Below are positions 30,311 to 45,161 of a stretch of DNA of 64,000 nt, in pieces. This stretch comes from an uncultured Actinomycetota bacterium. Its GTDB lineage: Bacteria > Actinomycetota > Actinomycetes > Propionibacteriales > Nocardioidaceae. Made by a program: the position numbers and the translations under genes. Location of the stretch: positions 128,335 to 192,334 of the forward strand of contig CAWFEZ010000008.1 in NCBI GenBank assembly GCA_963814935.1, read 5' to 3'. The notes below the pieces were generated by a model. The model was not told where the DNA came from. It searched no databases and worked only from the letters and a program-made list of their open reading frames with translations. The stretch's first letter is position 1; the number at the start of each line of letters is the position of its first letter.

Positions 30311-31247
30311 CCAGCGCGCCGACCACCGGATGCTGCTCGGTCCCCGAGGCCTGGCCGGCGAGCGGGTCGACGCCGCGATGGCCCGGATGTTCGGGCTCTC
30401 GCGCACCCGCGCGGCCGACCTGATCGCGCAGGGCCACGTCTCGCTCGACGGCGCCGCCGTCGGCAAGAGCGACCGGGTGCATGCCCGGCGCCATGCTCGA
30501 CGTCACGATCCCGTCGCAGGCCGACCCGCTCGAGGTGGTGCCCGAGATCGTCGAGGGCATCAAGATCATCCACGACGACGACGTCCATCGTGGTGATCGA
30601 CAAGCCGGTCGGCGTCGCCGTCCACCCGTCGCCCGGCTGGTCCGGCCCGACCGTCGTCGGCCACCTCGCCGGCGCCGGCTTCCGGATCGCCACCAGCGGC
30701 GCCTCGGAGCGGCAGGGCATCGTGCAGCGCCTCGACGTCGGCACCTCGGGCGTGATGGTGATCTGCAAGTCCGAGCACGCCTACTCCGTGCTCAAGAACG
30801 CCTTCCGCCACCGCACGGTCGACAAGACCTACCACGCGCTCGTGCAGGGCCACCCCGATCCGCTCGAGGGCACCATCGACGCCCCGATCGGCCGGCACCC
30901 CAAGGCCGACTACAAGTTCGCGGTGATGGCCGACGGCCGGCACAGCGTCACCCACTACGAGACGCTCGAGGCGCACCGCTTCGCCAGCCTGCTCGAGGTC
31001 CACCTCGAGACCGGCCGCACCCACCAGATCCGGGTGCACATGGGCGCGCTCAAGCACCCCTGCGTCGGCGACCTCACCTACGGCGCCGACCCGACCCTGG
31101 CCCAGCGGGTCGGGCTCGAGCGGCAGTGGCTGCACGCCGTACGCCTCGGCTTCGAGCACCCCGACACCGGCGAGTACGTCGAGTACGAGTCGACCTACCC
31201 CGACGACCTCGCGCAGCGCGCTCGAGGTCGTCCGCGGCCTCGACTGA
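30307..31247 (+). CDS. rluD: RluA/RluD-family pseudouridine synthase (frameshifted)
   Basis: S4 domain [45 protein letters not shown]. Confidence 0.93.
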
Positions 31248-31287
31248 GTCCGGGCACCGCGCTTTGGCGTGTGTGATGATTCGAGGG

Positions 31288-31311
31288 CCGCTCATTGCAC
31301 CGCTCATTGCA
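31288..31311. repeat. 12-bp tandem direct repeat upstream of the secreted protein gene
   Basis: CCGCTCATTGCA x2. Confidence 0.75.
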
Positions 31312-31325
31312 CTCGGGGGGGTCCC

Positions 31326-33134
31326 ATGCCGAACCTCGCGCGTCGATTCGTCGTCACCGTCCTCTTGACCTGCGCCGCTGGGGCCGGTCTCGCCATGGGC
31401 ACGGCCGCACCCGCGGGCGCCGCCACGGTGTCACGTACGTTCGCGGCCGGCGCGGACCAGCCCTTCCACGTCCCATCCGGTGTCACCGAGCTCTCGGTCG
31501 TCGTCGTCGGGGCGGCCGGCGAGAGCGCACCGAACGGTGGCCCCGGAGGCAGCGGCGCGCGGGTCGCCGCCACGCTGGCCGTCACGCCGGGCACGACGCT
31601 GTACGTCAACGTCGACGTCGGCGGCGGGGCAGGTGGACCCGGGGGGACGAACCTGGACGGCGGTGACGGCGGCGGAGCCAGCGACATCCGCACCTGCAGC
31701 TCGACCGTCACACCGCCAGACGCAGACTGCGTCCTGACGGGCGTCCCGGCAACCGATCCTCGCCTCGTCGTGGCCGGTGGTGGCGGTGGCTCTGCCGCGG
31801 GAGAGCCTGGCAAGGGCAACACCGCCATGGGCGGGGACGCCGGGGAGCTCGGTCAGCCGGGCACCGGGATGCGCCTGGGCGGTGTCCCGGGCGGCGGCGG
31901 CACTGCGACCGCGGGTGGCGCGGTTGGCGCCAAGTGCTTCGGCGCCGAGATTCCCCGGGAGCCGGGAAGCCCCGGCGCCGGAGGACACGGCGGCGCGGGG
32001 TACTCCGCCGGTGGTGGCGGTGGCGCCGGCTGGTTCGGCGGAGGTGGCGCGGGCGCTTGCGAGTTCATCAGCTTCGGGGAAGGGGGCGGCGGTGGCGGCG
32101 GTGGTGGCTCGAGTCTCGTGCCCACTGGCGGGACGGTGGCGGTGGCCGACGAACCCGCCTCGGTGACGATCTCGTACTCCGTGGCGGACCTCGCCTTGAC
32201 CACTGACGGCGACCTGCCCGCAGCAAGCCACGGGGCGCCGTACGCCGTCACCCTGCAGACCGTGGGCGGCACCGGCGCCCCGACGTTCGCGGTCACCTCC
32301 GGTTCGCTGCCACCCGGACTCGAGCTGGACACCGACACCGGCGAGATCTCCGGGACGCCGACGGCCGTGGGCACGTCCACCTTCACCGTGACCGCAACCG
32401 ACGCCGAGCCCCAGGTGGGGTCGACCTCCCGCGAGTTCGCCCTCACGGTGACGGCGCCCGACCTCGTGTTCACCACTGGCTCCCAGCTGCCGGGCGCGAG
32501 CCAGGGTGTGCCGTACGCGACGACCATCGGCACCAGCGGAGGCACCGCGCCGCCGACGTACGCCGTCACCGGCGGCTCGCTGCCGGCGGGCCTGGCACTA
32601 GCGCCCGCGACGGGAGCCATCACGGGGACGCCGACCGGGTCGGGAACATCAGGCTTCACGATCACGGCCAGCGACCCCGACCCTGGCGTCGTGCCGGCCA
32701 CCCGCACGTTCGGCATCACGGTCGCGCCGGCAGCTGTCCCGCCGACCCTGCCGACTCCGCCGACCCCGACCGTGCGGACCTGCGGCGGACTCGCCGCGAC
32801 GATCGTCGGCACTGCCGGTGATGACGTCATCGTCGGTACGCCGGGCGCGGACGTCATCGTCGGCCTGGGCGGTGACGACCGGGTCCGGGGGCTCGGCGGT
32901 GCCGACGCGATCTGCGGGGGCACAGGAGACGACACCCTGGCCGCCGGCACCGGCCCCGACCTCGTGCGCGGCCGGTCGGGCGAGGACGGGCTGCGCGGCG
33001 GACGCGGAGTGGACGACGTTCGCGGCGGCGCCGGAGACGACTCCCTCGGTGGCGGCCGGGGCGTGGACGGGTGCGCCGGCGGCGCCGACGTGGACACCGC
33101 CGTAGCGTGCGAGATCCTCAGCACCGTTCCGTGA
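31326..33134 (+). CDS. Secreted protein: glycine-rich domain, two putative Ig domains, Pro/Thr linker, hemolysin-type Ca-binding repeats
   Basis: Signal peptide ending APAGA; GGGASDIR and GGGGGAGWFGGGG; GSLPPGL..TGEISGTPT twice; GGDD/GRGVD nonapeptide-like repeats. Confidence 0.8.
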   Translation: MPNLARRFVVTVLLTCAAGAGLAMGTAAPAGAATVSRTFAAGADQPFHVPSGVTELSVVVVGAAGESAPNGGPGGSGARVAATLAVTPGTTLYVNVDVGGGAGGPGGTNLDGGDGGGASDIRTCSSTVTPPDADCVLTGVPATDPRLVVAGGGGGSAAGEPGKGNTAMGGDAGELGQPGTGMRLGGVPGGGGTATAGGAVGAKCFGAEIPREPGSPGAGGHGGAGYSAGGGGGAGWFGGGGAGACEFISFGEGGGGGGGGGSSLVPTGGTVAVADEPASVTISYSVADLALTTDGDLPAASHGAPYAVTLQTVGGTGAPTFAVTSGSLPPGLELDTDTGEISGTPTAVGTSTFTVTATDAEPQVGSTSREFALTVTAPDLVFTTGSQLPGASQGVPYATTIGTSGGTAPPTYAVTGGSLPAGLALAPATGAITGTPTGSGTSGFTITASDPDPGVVPATRTFGITVAPAAVPPTLPTPPTPTVRTCGGLAATIVGTAGDDVIVGTPGADVIVGLGGDDRVRGLGGADAICGGTGDDTLAAGTGPDLVRGRSGEDGLRGGRGVDDVRGGAGDDSLGGGRGVDGCAGGADVDTAVACEILSTVP

Positions 33135-33156
33135 CCGGTCGTGCCACGCTGTCCCG

Positions 33157-33852
33157 GTGAGTGAGGACCTGCGGCTGCGTCGGGCCGAGCCGGAGGAGTC
33201 CGACGCGGTGGCGGGGATTTACGGGCGGTCGCGCGCGGCGGCGGCGATGCCGCCGGCGATGCACAGCGCGGAGGAGGACCGCGGTTGGTTCGCGGCCCGG
33301 CTGCGCGACGGCGACCACGAGGCGTGGGTGGTCGAGGACGACAGCGGTCTGCTGGGCTACGCGCTTGCCACGACGACCTGGCTCGACCACCTCTTCGTCG
33401 AGCCGTCGCGGCAGTCGGCGGGGGTCGGCACCGCGCTGCTCGACGTGGTCAAGGGCGTGCGGCCCGAGGGGTTCTGCCTGTGGGTCTTCGAGACCAACGT
33501 GCAGGCGCGGGCCTTCTACGCGCGGCACGGCCTGGTCGAGCTCGAGCGCACCGACGGCTCGGGCAACGAGGAGAAGGCTCCCGATGTCCGGATGGCCTGG
33601 CCGGGGCTGGACCCCGTCGCTTTCTACCGTGGCCTGATCGACGAGGTGGACGACGCCCTCGCCGACCTGTTGGCACGTCGCGCGGCGCTGACGAGGGTCG
33701 TCCAGGACGTCAAGGGGACCCGCGAGCGCGACGCCGGCCGCGAGCGCGAGATCGCCGCCCGGATGGCGCTCGCCGCCCCCGAGCTCGGCCCCGACCGCTT
33801 GTCCCGGATCGTGCACGCGATCATCACCGAGAGCCTCGACGCGGTGGAGTGA
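33157..33852 (+). CDS. GNAT acetyltransferase fused to an AroQ-like chorismate mutase domain
   Basis: LDHLFV, QSAGVGTALL, LWVFETNVQARAFY, DGSGNEEKAPD; then YRGLIDEVDDALADLLARR...VK...RDAGRE. Confidence 0.82.
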   Translation: MSEDLRLRRAEPEESDAVAGIYGRSRAAAAMPPAMHSAEEDRGWFAARLRDGDHEAWVVEDDSGLLGYALATTTWLDHLFVEPSRQSAGVGTALLDVVKGVRPEGFCLWVFETNVQARAFYARHGLVELERTDGSGNEEKAPDVRMAWPGLDPVAFYRGLIDEVDDALADLLARRAALTRVVQDVKGTRERDAGREREIAARMALAAPELGPDRLSRIVHAIITESLDAVE

Positions 33853-34037
33853 ACCGCCGCTCGCTCCGTTCGGCCCCGCAGGCCGTCCGCGATCGGGACT
33901 GTCGGTGCGTCCTGCCAGACTCGCCGAAGCGGTCGCGTAGTCTGGCGGTCTTCCCCACAAGGTTGCCCGGCGCCCGGCCGAGGCCGCTTTGCCATGCCCG
34001 CACGCCCGGAGGGCCTCCGAAGCGCCCATGACGACAG

Positions 34038-37589
<3,552 letters not shown>

Positions 37590-37593
<4 letters not shown>

Positions 37594-38118
37594 GCGCCAG
37601 CCGCCCCCCGTCGTCTGCCCTGTGGTTCGGGGTCGCCGTCCTGGCCGCCTACGCCATGGTGGGCCTGGGGCCGGGTGGGTCTGGCACGAGCTCTGGCAGT
37701 CATCGGAGGGCGTGGTGTTCCAGAAGGAGTGGTACCCCGACGGCGACGGCCTGCGCCAGGAGTTCTCCGGCACGGGCCTCTACGTCCTGGTGGCCGCGGG
37801 AGCCGGTCTCGTGCTGGGGGCAGTGTTCGCGATCGTGGGCGGCGCGCGACCGGTGCAGACGGTGGTGCTCTGCGTCGCGGGCTCGCTGCTGGCCGCCTGG
37901 CTGATGCTGACGCTGGGGGAGTGGCTGGGACCGCCCGACCCGCACGCCTTGGCGGAGTCCGCCGACGACGGCACCCGCCTGCCCAGCGCGTTGCGGGTCT
38001 CCGGTCTGCCACCGCTGTTCTCGTTCACCGTGGGCTCGCTGGTGGCACTGGCCGTCGTCTACACGCTGTTGCCAGGCAAGACTCGCGAAGCCCACTGGAC
38101 GAGGAACCCCGCAGGTAG
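37590..38118 (+). CDS. Hypothetical multi-TM membrane protein (frameshifted)
   Basis: GTGA overlap with the dnaE stop; hydrophobic segments, GWVWHELW, WLGPPDP. Confidence 0.65.
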
Positions 38119-38195
38119 GCTTTTCGTCCGAAGCACGACCGCGGCTCCTCGCCACACCCGACATGGGGCGCCGCCCGATCCGACGGGGGACGACC

Positions 38196-39921
38196 GTGTC
38201 CGACACCTACCCTGGTGCGCCCCAGCCGCCATCCCAACCGCCAACCCAGCCGCCAACCCAGCAGCCTGGCGCTCCCGAGTACCTCGAGACCGGCGCGGGT
38301 TCGCCCCTGCCGCCCGAGACGCCGGCCCCCGCCGCTGGCGGTGGCGGCCGCAGGCGCGGCCTGCTCATCGGTGGCGGCATCGCCGCCCTGGCCGTGATCG
38401 GCGTGGGTGCCTGGGCCGCGGCCCAGTTCTTCGCGACCGGAGCCCAGCCGTCGGAGGCGTTGCCCGCGACCACCGTCGGCTACGCCAGCATCGACCTCGA
38501 CCCCAGCGGCGCCCAGAAGATCGAGGCGCTGCGCACGCTCAACAAGTTCCCGGCGTTCAAGGACGAGCTCGACCTCGATCTCGACGACGACATCCGCCAG
38601 CGGATCTTCGAGGAGATCGACCTGCCCGAGGGGTGCCAGCTCTTCTACGCCGAGGACATCGAGCCGTGGCTGGGCGAGCGGATGGCCGTCGCCGCCGTCG
38701 ACGTCGGTGGTGACGACCCCGAGCTGGTCGCGGTCGTCCAGGTCAAGGACGCGGATGCCGCCGAGGAGGGCCTGACCAAGATCAAGGACTGCGGCACCAC
38801 CGAGGGCGACTCCTCGGGCGGATGGGTGATCGCCGACGGATGGGCCGTGATCGGCGAGGACGAGGAGGCCGCCCAGGCCGTGGTCGACGCCACCGGCAAG
38901 GGCACGCTCGCCGACGACCCGGAGTTCCAGGAGCTCACCGCCGCGGCCGGTTCGGCCGGCATCGTGACCCTGTACGCCGCCCCCGAGGCGGGCCAGTACT
39001 TCGCCGACTCGATGGGCGGGATGACCGGTTTCGCCGAGGACCTCGAGCAGGGTCTGACCGGAACCGACGTGCTCGGGGAGATCGGTGACTCGGGTGCGAG
39101 TCTCACCGAACCTGGCGGCACCAACCCGCTGGCCGATGCGCTGAAGGACTTCAAGGGGATGGCCGCTGTCGGTGCGCTTCGACGACGGCGCCCTCGAGGT
39201 CGAGATGGCGGGCGACACCGGGCTCAACTTCACCGGCGTCTACGGCTCCGACCGCGGCGCTGACGTGGTCGAGACATTGCCGGCCGACACCGCGGCCGCG
39301 ATCGGCGTCGGGTTCGAGGATGGCTGGCTGACCGAGATGGTCGAGCAGGTCGCGTCCTTCACCGGCGGCGAGATGACGACGGCCGAGCTGTTCGAGGAGG
39401 CCTCGCAGATGACCGGGCTCGACCTGCCCCAGGACGCCGAGACATTGCTCGGCCGGTCGGCCGCGCTGTCGTTCGGCTCCGACTTCGACCCGGAGGCCTT
39501 CTTCAACTCCGGCGACGCCGGCGAGATCCCGATCGCCCTCAAGGTGCAGGGCGACGCCGACGCCGCGAAAGCCGTGGTCGACAAGATCGCGGCACAGGAC
39601 CCGAGCGCCGAGGAGGTGCTCGGCTTCGACAGTGACGGCGACATCTTCGTCGTCGGGCCGGACGCCGACTACCGCAAGCTGGTCCTGGCCAAGGGCAGCC
39701 TGGGCGGCAACGAGGTCTACCGCGACGTGATCCGCGAGTCCGGCCAGGCCAGCGCGGTCTTCTACGTCAACTTCAACGCGGGCGACGACTGGCTGGTCCG
39801 GCTGGTCGGTGACGGCGACCCGACCGTCGCGGAGAACGTCAAGCCGCTCGCCGGGTTCGGCATCGCCGCCTGGAAGGACGACGACTGGACGCACACGGTG
39901 TTGCGGCTCACGACCGACTGA
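38196..39921 (+). CDS. DUF3352-like membrane-anchored protein (frameshift at ~39170)
   Basis: Pro/Gln N-terminus, single TM, PSEALPATTVGYASIDLDPS, DIEPWLGER, acidic ectodomain. Confidence 0.75.
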
Positions 39922-40490
39922 GCCGCTGCGCGGCTTTCCGCTGCGCGGGGCGTTTCCGCTGCGCGGGGCGTTTCCGCTGCGCGGGGCTTGGGTCGCGGCC
40001 GCCGGCCGGTCCGCCTGCCGTGGACGGGTCTCGCGGGGGGACAGGGGACCCGGCCGTACGCCCGCTTCGTCGCGCCGACGTCGGTCGCGGCCCGTGAGCG
40101 GACGCCACGGCCGTGTCCTTTAGCCCCCCACGACACCCGACCCCCGTCCGGCCCACCGGCCCGCACTCGCGGCCCGTGGGGGTGGGGCTGTGGTCACCGT
40201 CCGCTGACCACGTCACGGCGACCGGGGTCCCTCCCCCACCGGGGCCGAGCGACCGCGTGGGACGGCGGCACGGGCGTGTCCTCCGGGGCTAAAGGGCATG
40301 GCCGCGGCGCCCGCTGCCGGACGGCGCGCAACAGCGGGCGTGGCCATGCGGGCGTCACGCGCCGAGCCCCTGTCCCCCGCGAGGACACGTCCGGGCGCAC
40401 CGTCCGGCGGCCTCGACCCAAGCCGCGCGCAGCGGAAACCAAGCCCCGCGCAGCGGAAACGCCCGCGCAGCGGAAACGCCCCGCGCAGCC
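39922..40490. mobile_element. ~570-bp non-coding fold-back (MITE/REPIN-like) element with terminal tandem 18-bp repeats
   Basis: GTTTCCGCTGCGCGGGGC units at 39923-39987 and inverse units at ~40422-40489; internal arms pair (e.g. CCTTTAGCCCC/GGGGCTAAAGG); central GTGGTCA...TGACCAC hairpin. Confidence 0.72.
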
Positions 40491-40713
40491 GGCAAGGCCG
40501 CGAAAGCGGAGTGGCGGAAACGTCACCGACTGAGGGGGGCGAGGGTGGCTGGTGACGGCGACGAGGTGCGGTGGGGGCGATGGCGAGGTCGAGGCCGCGA
40601 CGGCCGGCGGAGACGTTCCCGCCAGGGCGACGGCGCGCCGTCGGACGACGAGGTGAGGAGCGTCTTGAAGACCTTGTCTCGTTACTCGTGCAGCGTGAAG
40701 GCGGACGCGCCGG

Positions 40714-41409
40714 TCAGGGCAGACGGTGGCCGGCGTACGCCCGGTCTCTTGGTGAAGACCAGCGGGTGCGGGCGACCTCGGTGGCCGGCAGCGAGGGGAT
40801 CACGTTCATGGCGCGCAGCTCGGCGCGCAGCAGGTCAGTGACCATCCGCAGCCGTACGCCGGCGTCCTCGGCCTCGAGCAGCGCCTGGCGTTCGTGGAGG
40901 GGCAGCGGGGCGACGGCGGCCAGGGTCCAGGAGAGGTACGCCGGGTCCCGCGGCAGCTCGTGGGGGTAGGGGTCGTCGCGGAACTCCGCGAGCATGGTGC
41001 GGTAGGCGAAGAAGGCGGCCTGCGCGAGCTCGACCACCTCCGGGTCGACGAGGCTGGGTGTCTCCGGGCGGTCCACGACCTGGCCGACGGGGTAGGCGCC
41101 GGTGACGTCGAGGTGCTCCAGCGAGATCCGCTCCATGCCCACGCCGAGGAAGCTGAACGTGCCGTCGGGGTGGGCCTCGACGTCGGTCATCTTCACGCGG
41201 CAGCCGATCCGGAACAGCGACTGTGCGCCGTGCTCGCCGACCTCGTACCCCTCGCGGATGCCCACGGAGCCGAAGTAGCGCTCGTCGGGGTCGGCCCGCA
41301 GCAGGTGGTGCACCAGGGCGCGGTAGCGATCCTCGAAGACGGTGAGCGGCACGCTGACGCCGGGGAACAGCACCACGTTCAACGGGAACATCGGCAGCGT
41401 CGTCGCCAC
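40714..41409 (-). CDS. LON peptidase substrate-binding (N-terminal) domain protein
   Basis: [30 protein letters not shown]; TAGGTT -10 six nt upstream of the GTG. Confidence 0.88.
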   Translation of the reverse strand: MATTLPMFPLNVVLFPGVSVPLTVFEDRYRALVHHLLRADPDERYFGSVGIREGYEVGEHGAQSLFRIGCRVKMTDVEAHPDGTFSFLGVGMERISLEHLDVTGAYPVGQVVDRPETPSLVDPEVVELAQAAFFAYRTMLAEFRDDPYPHELPRDPAYLSWTLAAVAPLPLHERQALLEAEDAGVRLRMVTDLLRAELRAMNVIPSLPATEVARTRWSSPRDRAYAGHRLP

Positions 41410-41490
41410 AGTCCCAACCTAACCCTTGCGCGTTCCACCGCACGGCACCGCGGCAGGGTGGCGTCGGCCTCGCTCCTAGACTCGGGTCTC

Positions 41491-42797
41491 ATGATGCGGC
41501 GGATCGACCTGCGAGGGAGTGCTCCCTCCTTCGACTACCGCGCGGCCGTGCCCCGCGCGGACTTCGACGTCGAGGCCGCCCTGCAGGTCGTCCGCCCGAT
41601 CTGCGAGGCAGTCCGGACCCGCGGCGTCGAGGCGATCCTGGAGCTGTCCGAGCGCTACGACGGAGTCGTCCGCGACGACATCACGGTGCCCCGCGTGGCA
41701 CTCGCCGAGGCACTGGAGGCCCTCGACCCCGACCTCCGCGCGGCCCTGGAGGAGTCGATCCGCCGGCTGCGGGCCTCGTGCGAGGCCGAGCGCGAGACCG
41801 ACACCGTGACGACCTACGGCAGGAACGGCCGGGGACCGTCACCCACCGGATGGTGCCCGTCGACCGCGTCGGCCTCTACGTCCCCGGCGGAGTGGCGCCG
41901 CTGGTCTCCAGCGTGGTGATGAACGTCGTCCCCGCCCAGGTCGCGGGCGTGCGCTCGATCGCGCTGACCTCGTCGCCGCAGAAGGACCACGGCGGCCTGC
42001 CGCACCCCACGATCCTGGCGGCGTGCGCGCTGCTGGGGGTCGAGGAGGTCTACGCCGTCGGGGGCGCTCAGGCGATCGCGATGTTCGCCTACGGCGCCGG
42101 TCCGTGCGAGCGGGTCGACCTGGTGACCGGGCCCGGGTCGATCCACACCGTCGCGGCCAAGCGGCTGCTCAAGGGCGTCGTCGGCATCGACTCCGAGGCC
42201 GGACCCACCGAGATCGCGGTGCTGGCCGACGACACCGCCGAGGCGGCGTACGTCGCTGCCGACCTGATCAGCCAGGCCGAGCACGACGTGCTCGCGGCCA
42301 GCGTGCTGGTCACGCCCAGCGAGCGGCTGGCCGACGACGTCGAGGCCGAGCTCGACAAGCAGGTTCACGCCACCCGCCACACGGAGCGGATCCGCACCGC
42401 GCTCACGGCACAGCAGTCCGCCATCGTGCTCGTCGACGACCTCGAGCAGGGCCTGGCAGTTGTCGACGCCTACGCCGCCGAGCACCTCGAGATCCAGACC
42501 GAGGACGCCGCCGCGTGGGCCGCGCGGGTACGCAACGCCGGCGCGATCTTCGTCGGCAGCTTCGCCCCGGTCTCCCTTGGCGACTACTGCGCGGGCAGCA
42601 ACCACGTGCTGCCCACCGGCGGCTGCGCCTGCCACTCCTCGGGGTTGTCGGTGCGGGCGTTCCTCAAGTCCGTCCACGTCGTCGACTACGACCGCGCCGC
42701 TCTCGCCGCGGTCGCCGACCACGTGGTCAACCTGGCCGAGGCCGAGGACCTGCCCGCCCACGGCGCCGCCGTCCGCGTGCGTTTCGAGCGGTCATGA
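41491..42797 (+). CDS. hisD: Histidinol dehydrogenase (frameshift at ~41830)
   Basis: [50 protein letters not shown]. Confidence 0.96.
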
Positions 42798-43928
42798 CCT
42801 TCCCGCCCTTGCGCGAGGAGCTCGTCGGCCTCGCGCCGTACGGCGCACCGCAGCTCGACGTCCCGGTGCAGCTCAACGTCAACGAGAACCCCTACCCGCC
42901 GTCGCGGGCCCTGGTCGAGGACATCGCGGCATCGGTGGCGGCCGTCGCGGGCAGCCTGAACCGCTACCCCGACCGTGAGTTCACCGAGCTGCGTACCGCC
43001 CTGGCGGCCTACCTCGACCGCGACGGTGGCCGCGGCGTCAGGCCCGATCAGGTGTGGGCCGCGAACGGCTCCAACGAGGTGATGCTGCACCTGTTGCAGG
43101 CGTTCGGCGGCCCGGGCCGCACCGCGGTGAGCTTCGCCCCGACGTACTCGATGTACCCCGAGTACGCCCGCGACACCGGCACCCGATGGGTCGTGGGGCA
43201 ACGCGAGACCGACTTCGCGCTCGACCCCGAGGTGGCGCGCGAGCTGGTGCTGCGCGAGCAGCCGACGCGTGGTGCTGCTGCCCTCGCCCAACAACCCCAC
43301 CGGCACCGCGCTGCCGCTCGGCGTCGTCGAGGCGCTGTGCGAGGCGGCCGACAGGTCATCCGGAGGGGGCGTGGTCGTGGTCGACGAGGCCTACGCCGAG
43401 TTCCGCCGCGCCGGCACCCCGAGTGCGCTCGAGCTGCTGCCCTCGCTGCGCAACCTGGTGGTCACCCGCACGATGAGCAAGGCGTTCGCCTTCGCCGGCG
43501 CGCGGCTGGGCTACCTCGCCGCCGCTCCCGAGATCTGCGACGCCATCCGCGTGGTCCGGCTGCCCTACCACCTCAGTGCGGTGACCCAGGCGGCCGCGCT
43601 GGCGGCGCTGCGGCACGCCGACGATCTGCTGGCCCGGGTCGACGACCTGCGCGACGAGCGCGACGCCACCGCCGCGTGGCTGACCGAGCAGGGTCTCGAG
43701 GTCGCCGAGAGCGACGCGAACTTCGTGCTCTTCGGCTGCTACGCCGACCGGCATGCGGTCTGGCAGGGCCTGCTCGACCGCGGCGTGCTCGTCCGCGAGG
43801 TCGGGCCGCCCGGCTGGCTGCGTGTCTCGATCGGGACGCCGGCGGAGATGGCAGCATTCAGGGACGCACTGACGGCGCTGGGACCTGTCGGAATGATGGG
43901 GGCCCCGCGCCTGGAGGAGGACCGATGA
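42794..43928 (+). CDS. hisC: Histidinol-phosphate aminotransferase (frameshift at ~43268)
   Basis: [39 protein letters not shown]. Confidence 0.95.
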
Positions 43929-44524
43929 GCCGCACGGCTGTGGTGGACCGGGAGACCAAGGAGTCGAAGGTCCACGTCGAGGTGGACATCGACGGTTCGG
44001 GCCGGTCGGACGTCTCGACGGGCGTCGGCTTCTACGACCACATGCTGGCCTCCTTCGCGCGACACTCCTTGGTCGACCTGGTCGCCCACACCAGCGGCGA
44101 CACCCACATCGACGCCCACCACACCGTCGAGGACACCGCGATCGTGCTGGGCGAGGCCCTGCGCGAGGCGCTCGGCGACAAGTCCGGCATCCGCCGCTTC
44201 GGCGACGCCACGGTGCCGCTCGACGAGGCACTCGTCCAGGCGGTCGTCGACGTCTCGGGCCGCCCGTACTGCGTGCACACCGGCGAACCCGACGGTCAGG
44301 CCTTCGTCCTCATCGGGGACGCCTACCTCGGCTCGCTGACCCGTCACGTCTTCGAGACCATCGCCTTCCACGCCCAGATCGCGCTGCACGTGCGCGTCCT
44401 GTCGGGTCGCGACCCGCACCACCTCGTCGAGGCGCAGTTCAAGGCGTTCGCCCGCGCGTTCCGCGACGCCGTGGCGCTCGACCCGCGCGAGACCGGCGTG
44501 CCGTCGACCAAAGGTTCACTCTGA
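43925..44524 (+). CDS. hisB: Imidazoleglycerol-phosphate dehydratase
   Basis: [47 protein letters not shown]. Confidence 0.97.
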   Translation: MSRTAVVDRETKESKVHVEVDIDGSGRSDVSTGVGFYDHMLASFARHSLVDLVAHTSGDTHIDAHHTVEDTAIVLGEALREALGDKSGIRRFGDATVPLDEALVQAVVDVSGRPYCVHTGEPDGQAFVLIGDAYLGSLTRHVFETIAFHAQIALHVRVLSGRDPHHLVEAQFKAFARAFRDAVALDPRETGVPSTKGSL

Positions 44525-44531
44525 GGGTTCG

Positions 44532-45161
44532 ATGAAGACAGTGGTGGTGCTCGACTACGGGTCGGGCAACGTGCGCTCTGCCGTGCGGGCGCTCGAGCGC
44601 GCCGGAGCCGAGGTCACGCTGACTGCCGACCGGTCCGCGGCCCAGGACGCCGACGGCCTCGTCGTGCCCGGCGTGGGCGCGTTCGCGGCGTGCATGGCCG
44701 GCCTGCGGCGGGTCCGCGGGCACGAGGTGATCGGCCGTCGCCTCGCGGGCGGCAGGCCCGTGCTCGGCATCTGTGTGGGCATGCAGATCCTCTTCGGCCG
44801 CGGGGTCGAGCACGGCGTGGAGACCGATGGCTGCGACGAGTGGCCGGGGGTCGTCGAGCGGCTGCAGGCGCCGATCGTCCCCCACATGGGCTGGAACACC
44901 GTCGACGTGCCCGAGGGCACGCGCCTGTTCGCGGGCATCGAGGACGACCGCTTCTACTTCGTGCACTCCTACGGCGTCCGGCGCTGGGAGCTGGTCACCA
45001 GCGGCCGCACCCACGCGCCGCTGGTGACCTGGGCCGAGCACGGCGGCGACCGGTTCGTCGCCGCCGTCGAGAACGGTCCGCTGACGGCCACGCAGTTCCA
45101 CCCCGAGAAGTCCGGAGACGCCGGGGCCACCCTGCTGCGCAACTGGACCGGCACCCTGTGA
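44532..45161 (+). CDS. hisH: IGP synthase glutaminase subunit
   Basis: DYGSGN, PGVGAF, GICVGMQ, PHMGWN, YFVHSY, QFHPEKS. Confidence 0.97.
   Translation: MKTVVVLDYGSGNVRSAVRALERAGAEVTLTADRSAAQDADGLVVPGVGAFAACMAGLRRVRGHEVIGRRLAGGRPVLGICVGMQILFGRGVEHGVETDGCDEWPGVVERLQAPIVPHMGWNTVDVPEGTRLFAGIEDDRFYFVHSYGVRRWELVTSGRTHAPLVTWAEHGGDRFVAAVENGPLTATQFHPEKSGDAGATLLRNWTGTL

Noticed and set aside
24921-30423. FtsZ-PgeF-YggS and DksA-LspA chimeric ORFs in the ORF track
   Set aside because: These arise from frameshift errors joining adjacent known genes.
24012-31247. Apparent pseudogenisation or programmed frameshifting of ftsZ, sepF, divIVA, lspA and rluD (also dinB, murD, dnaE, hisD/C/F, trpB, gltB)
   Set aside because: Essential genes are affected, indels cluster regionally in GC-rich and homopolymer contexts, and residues on both sides stay conserved. 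This pattern is typical of long-read consensus errors.
39922-39990. Possible CRISPR array
   Set aside because: The 18-bp units are directly tandem with no unique spacers, and no cas genes are present.
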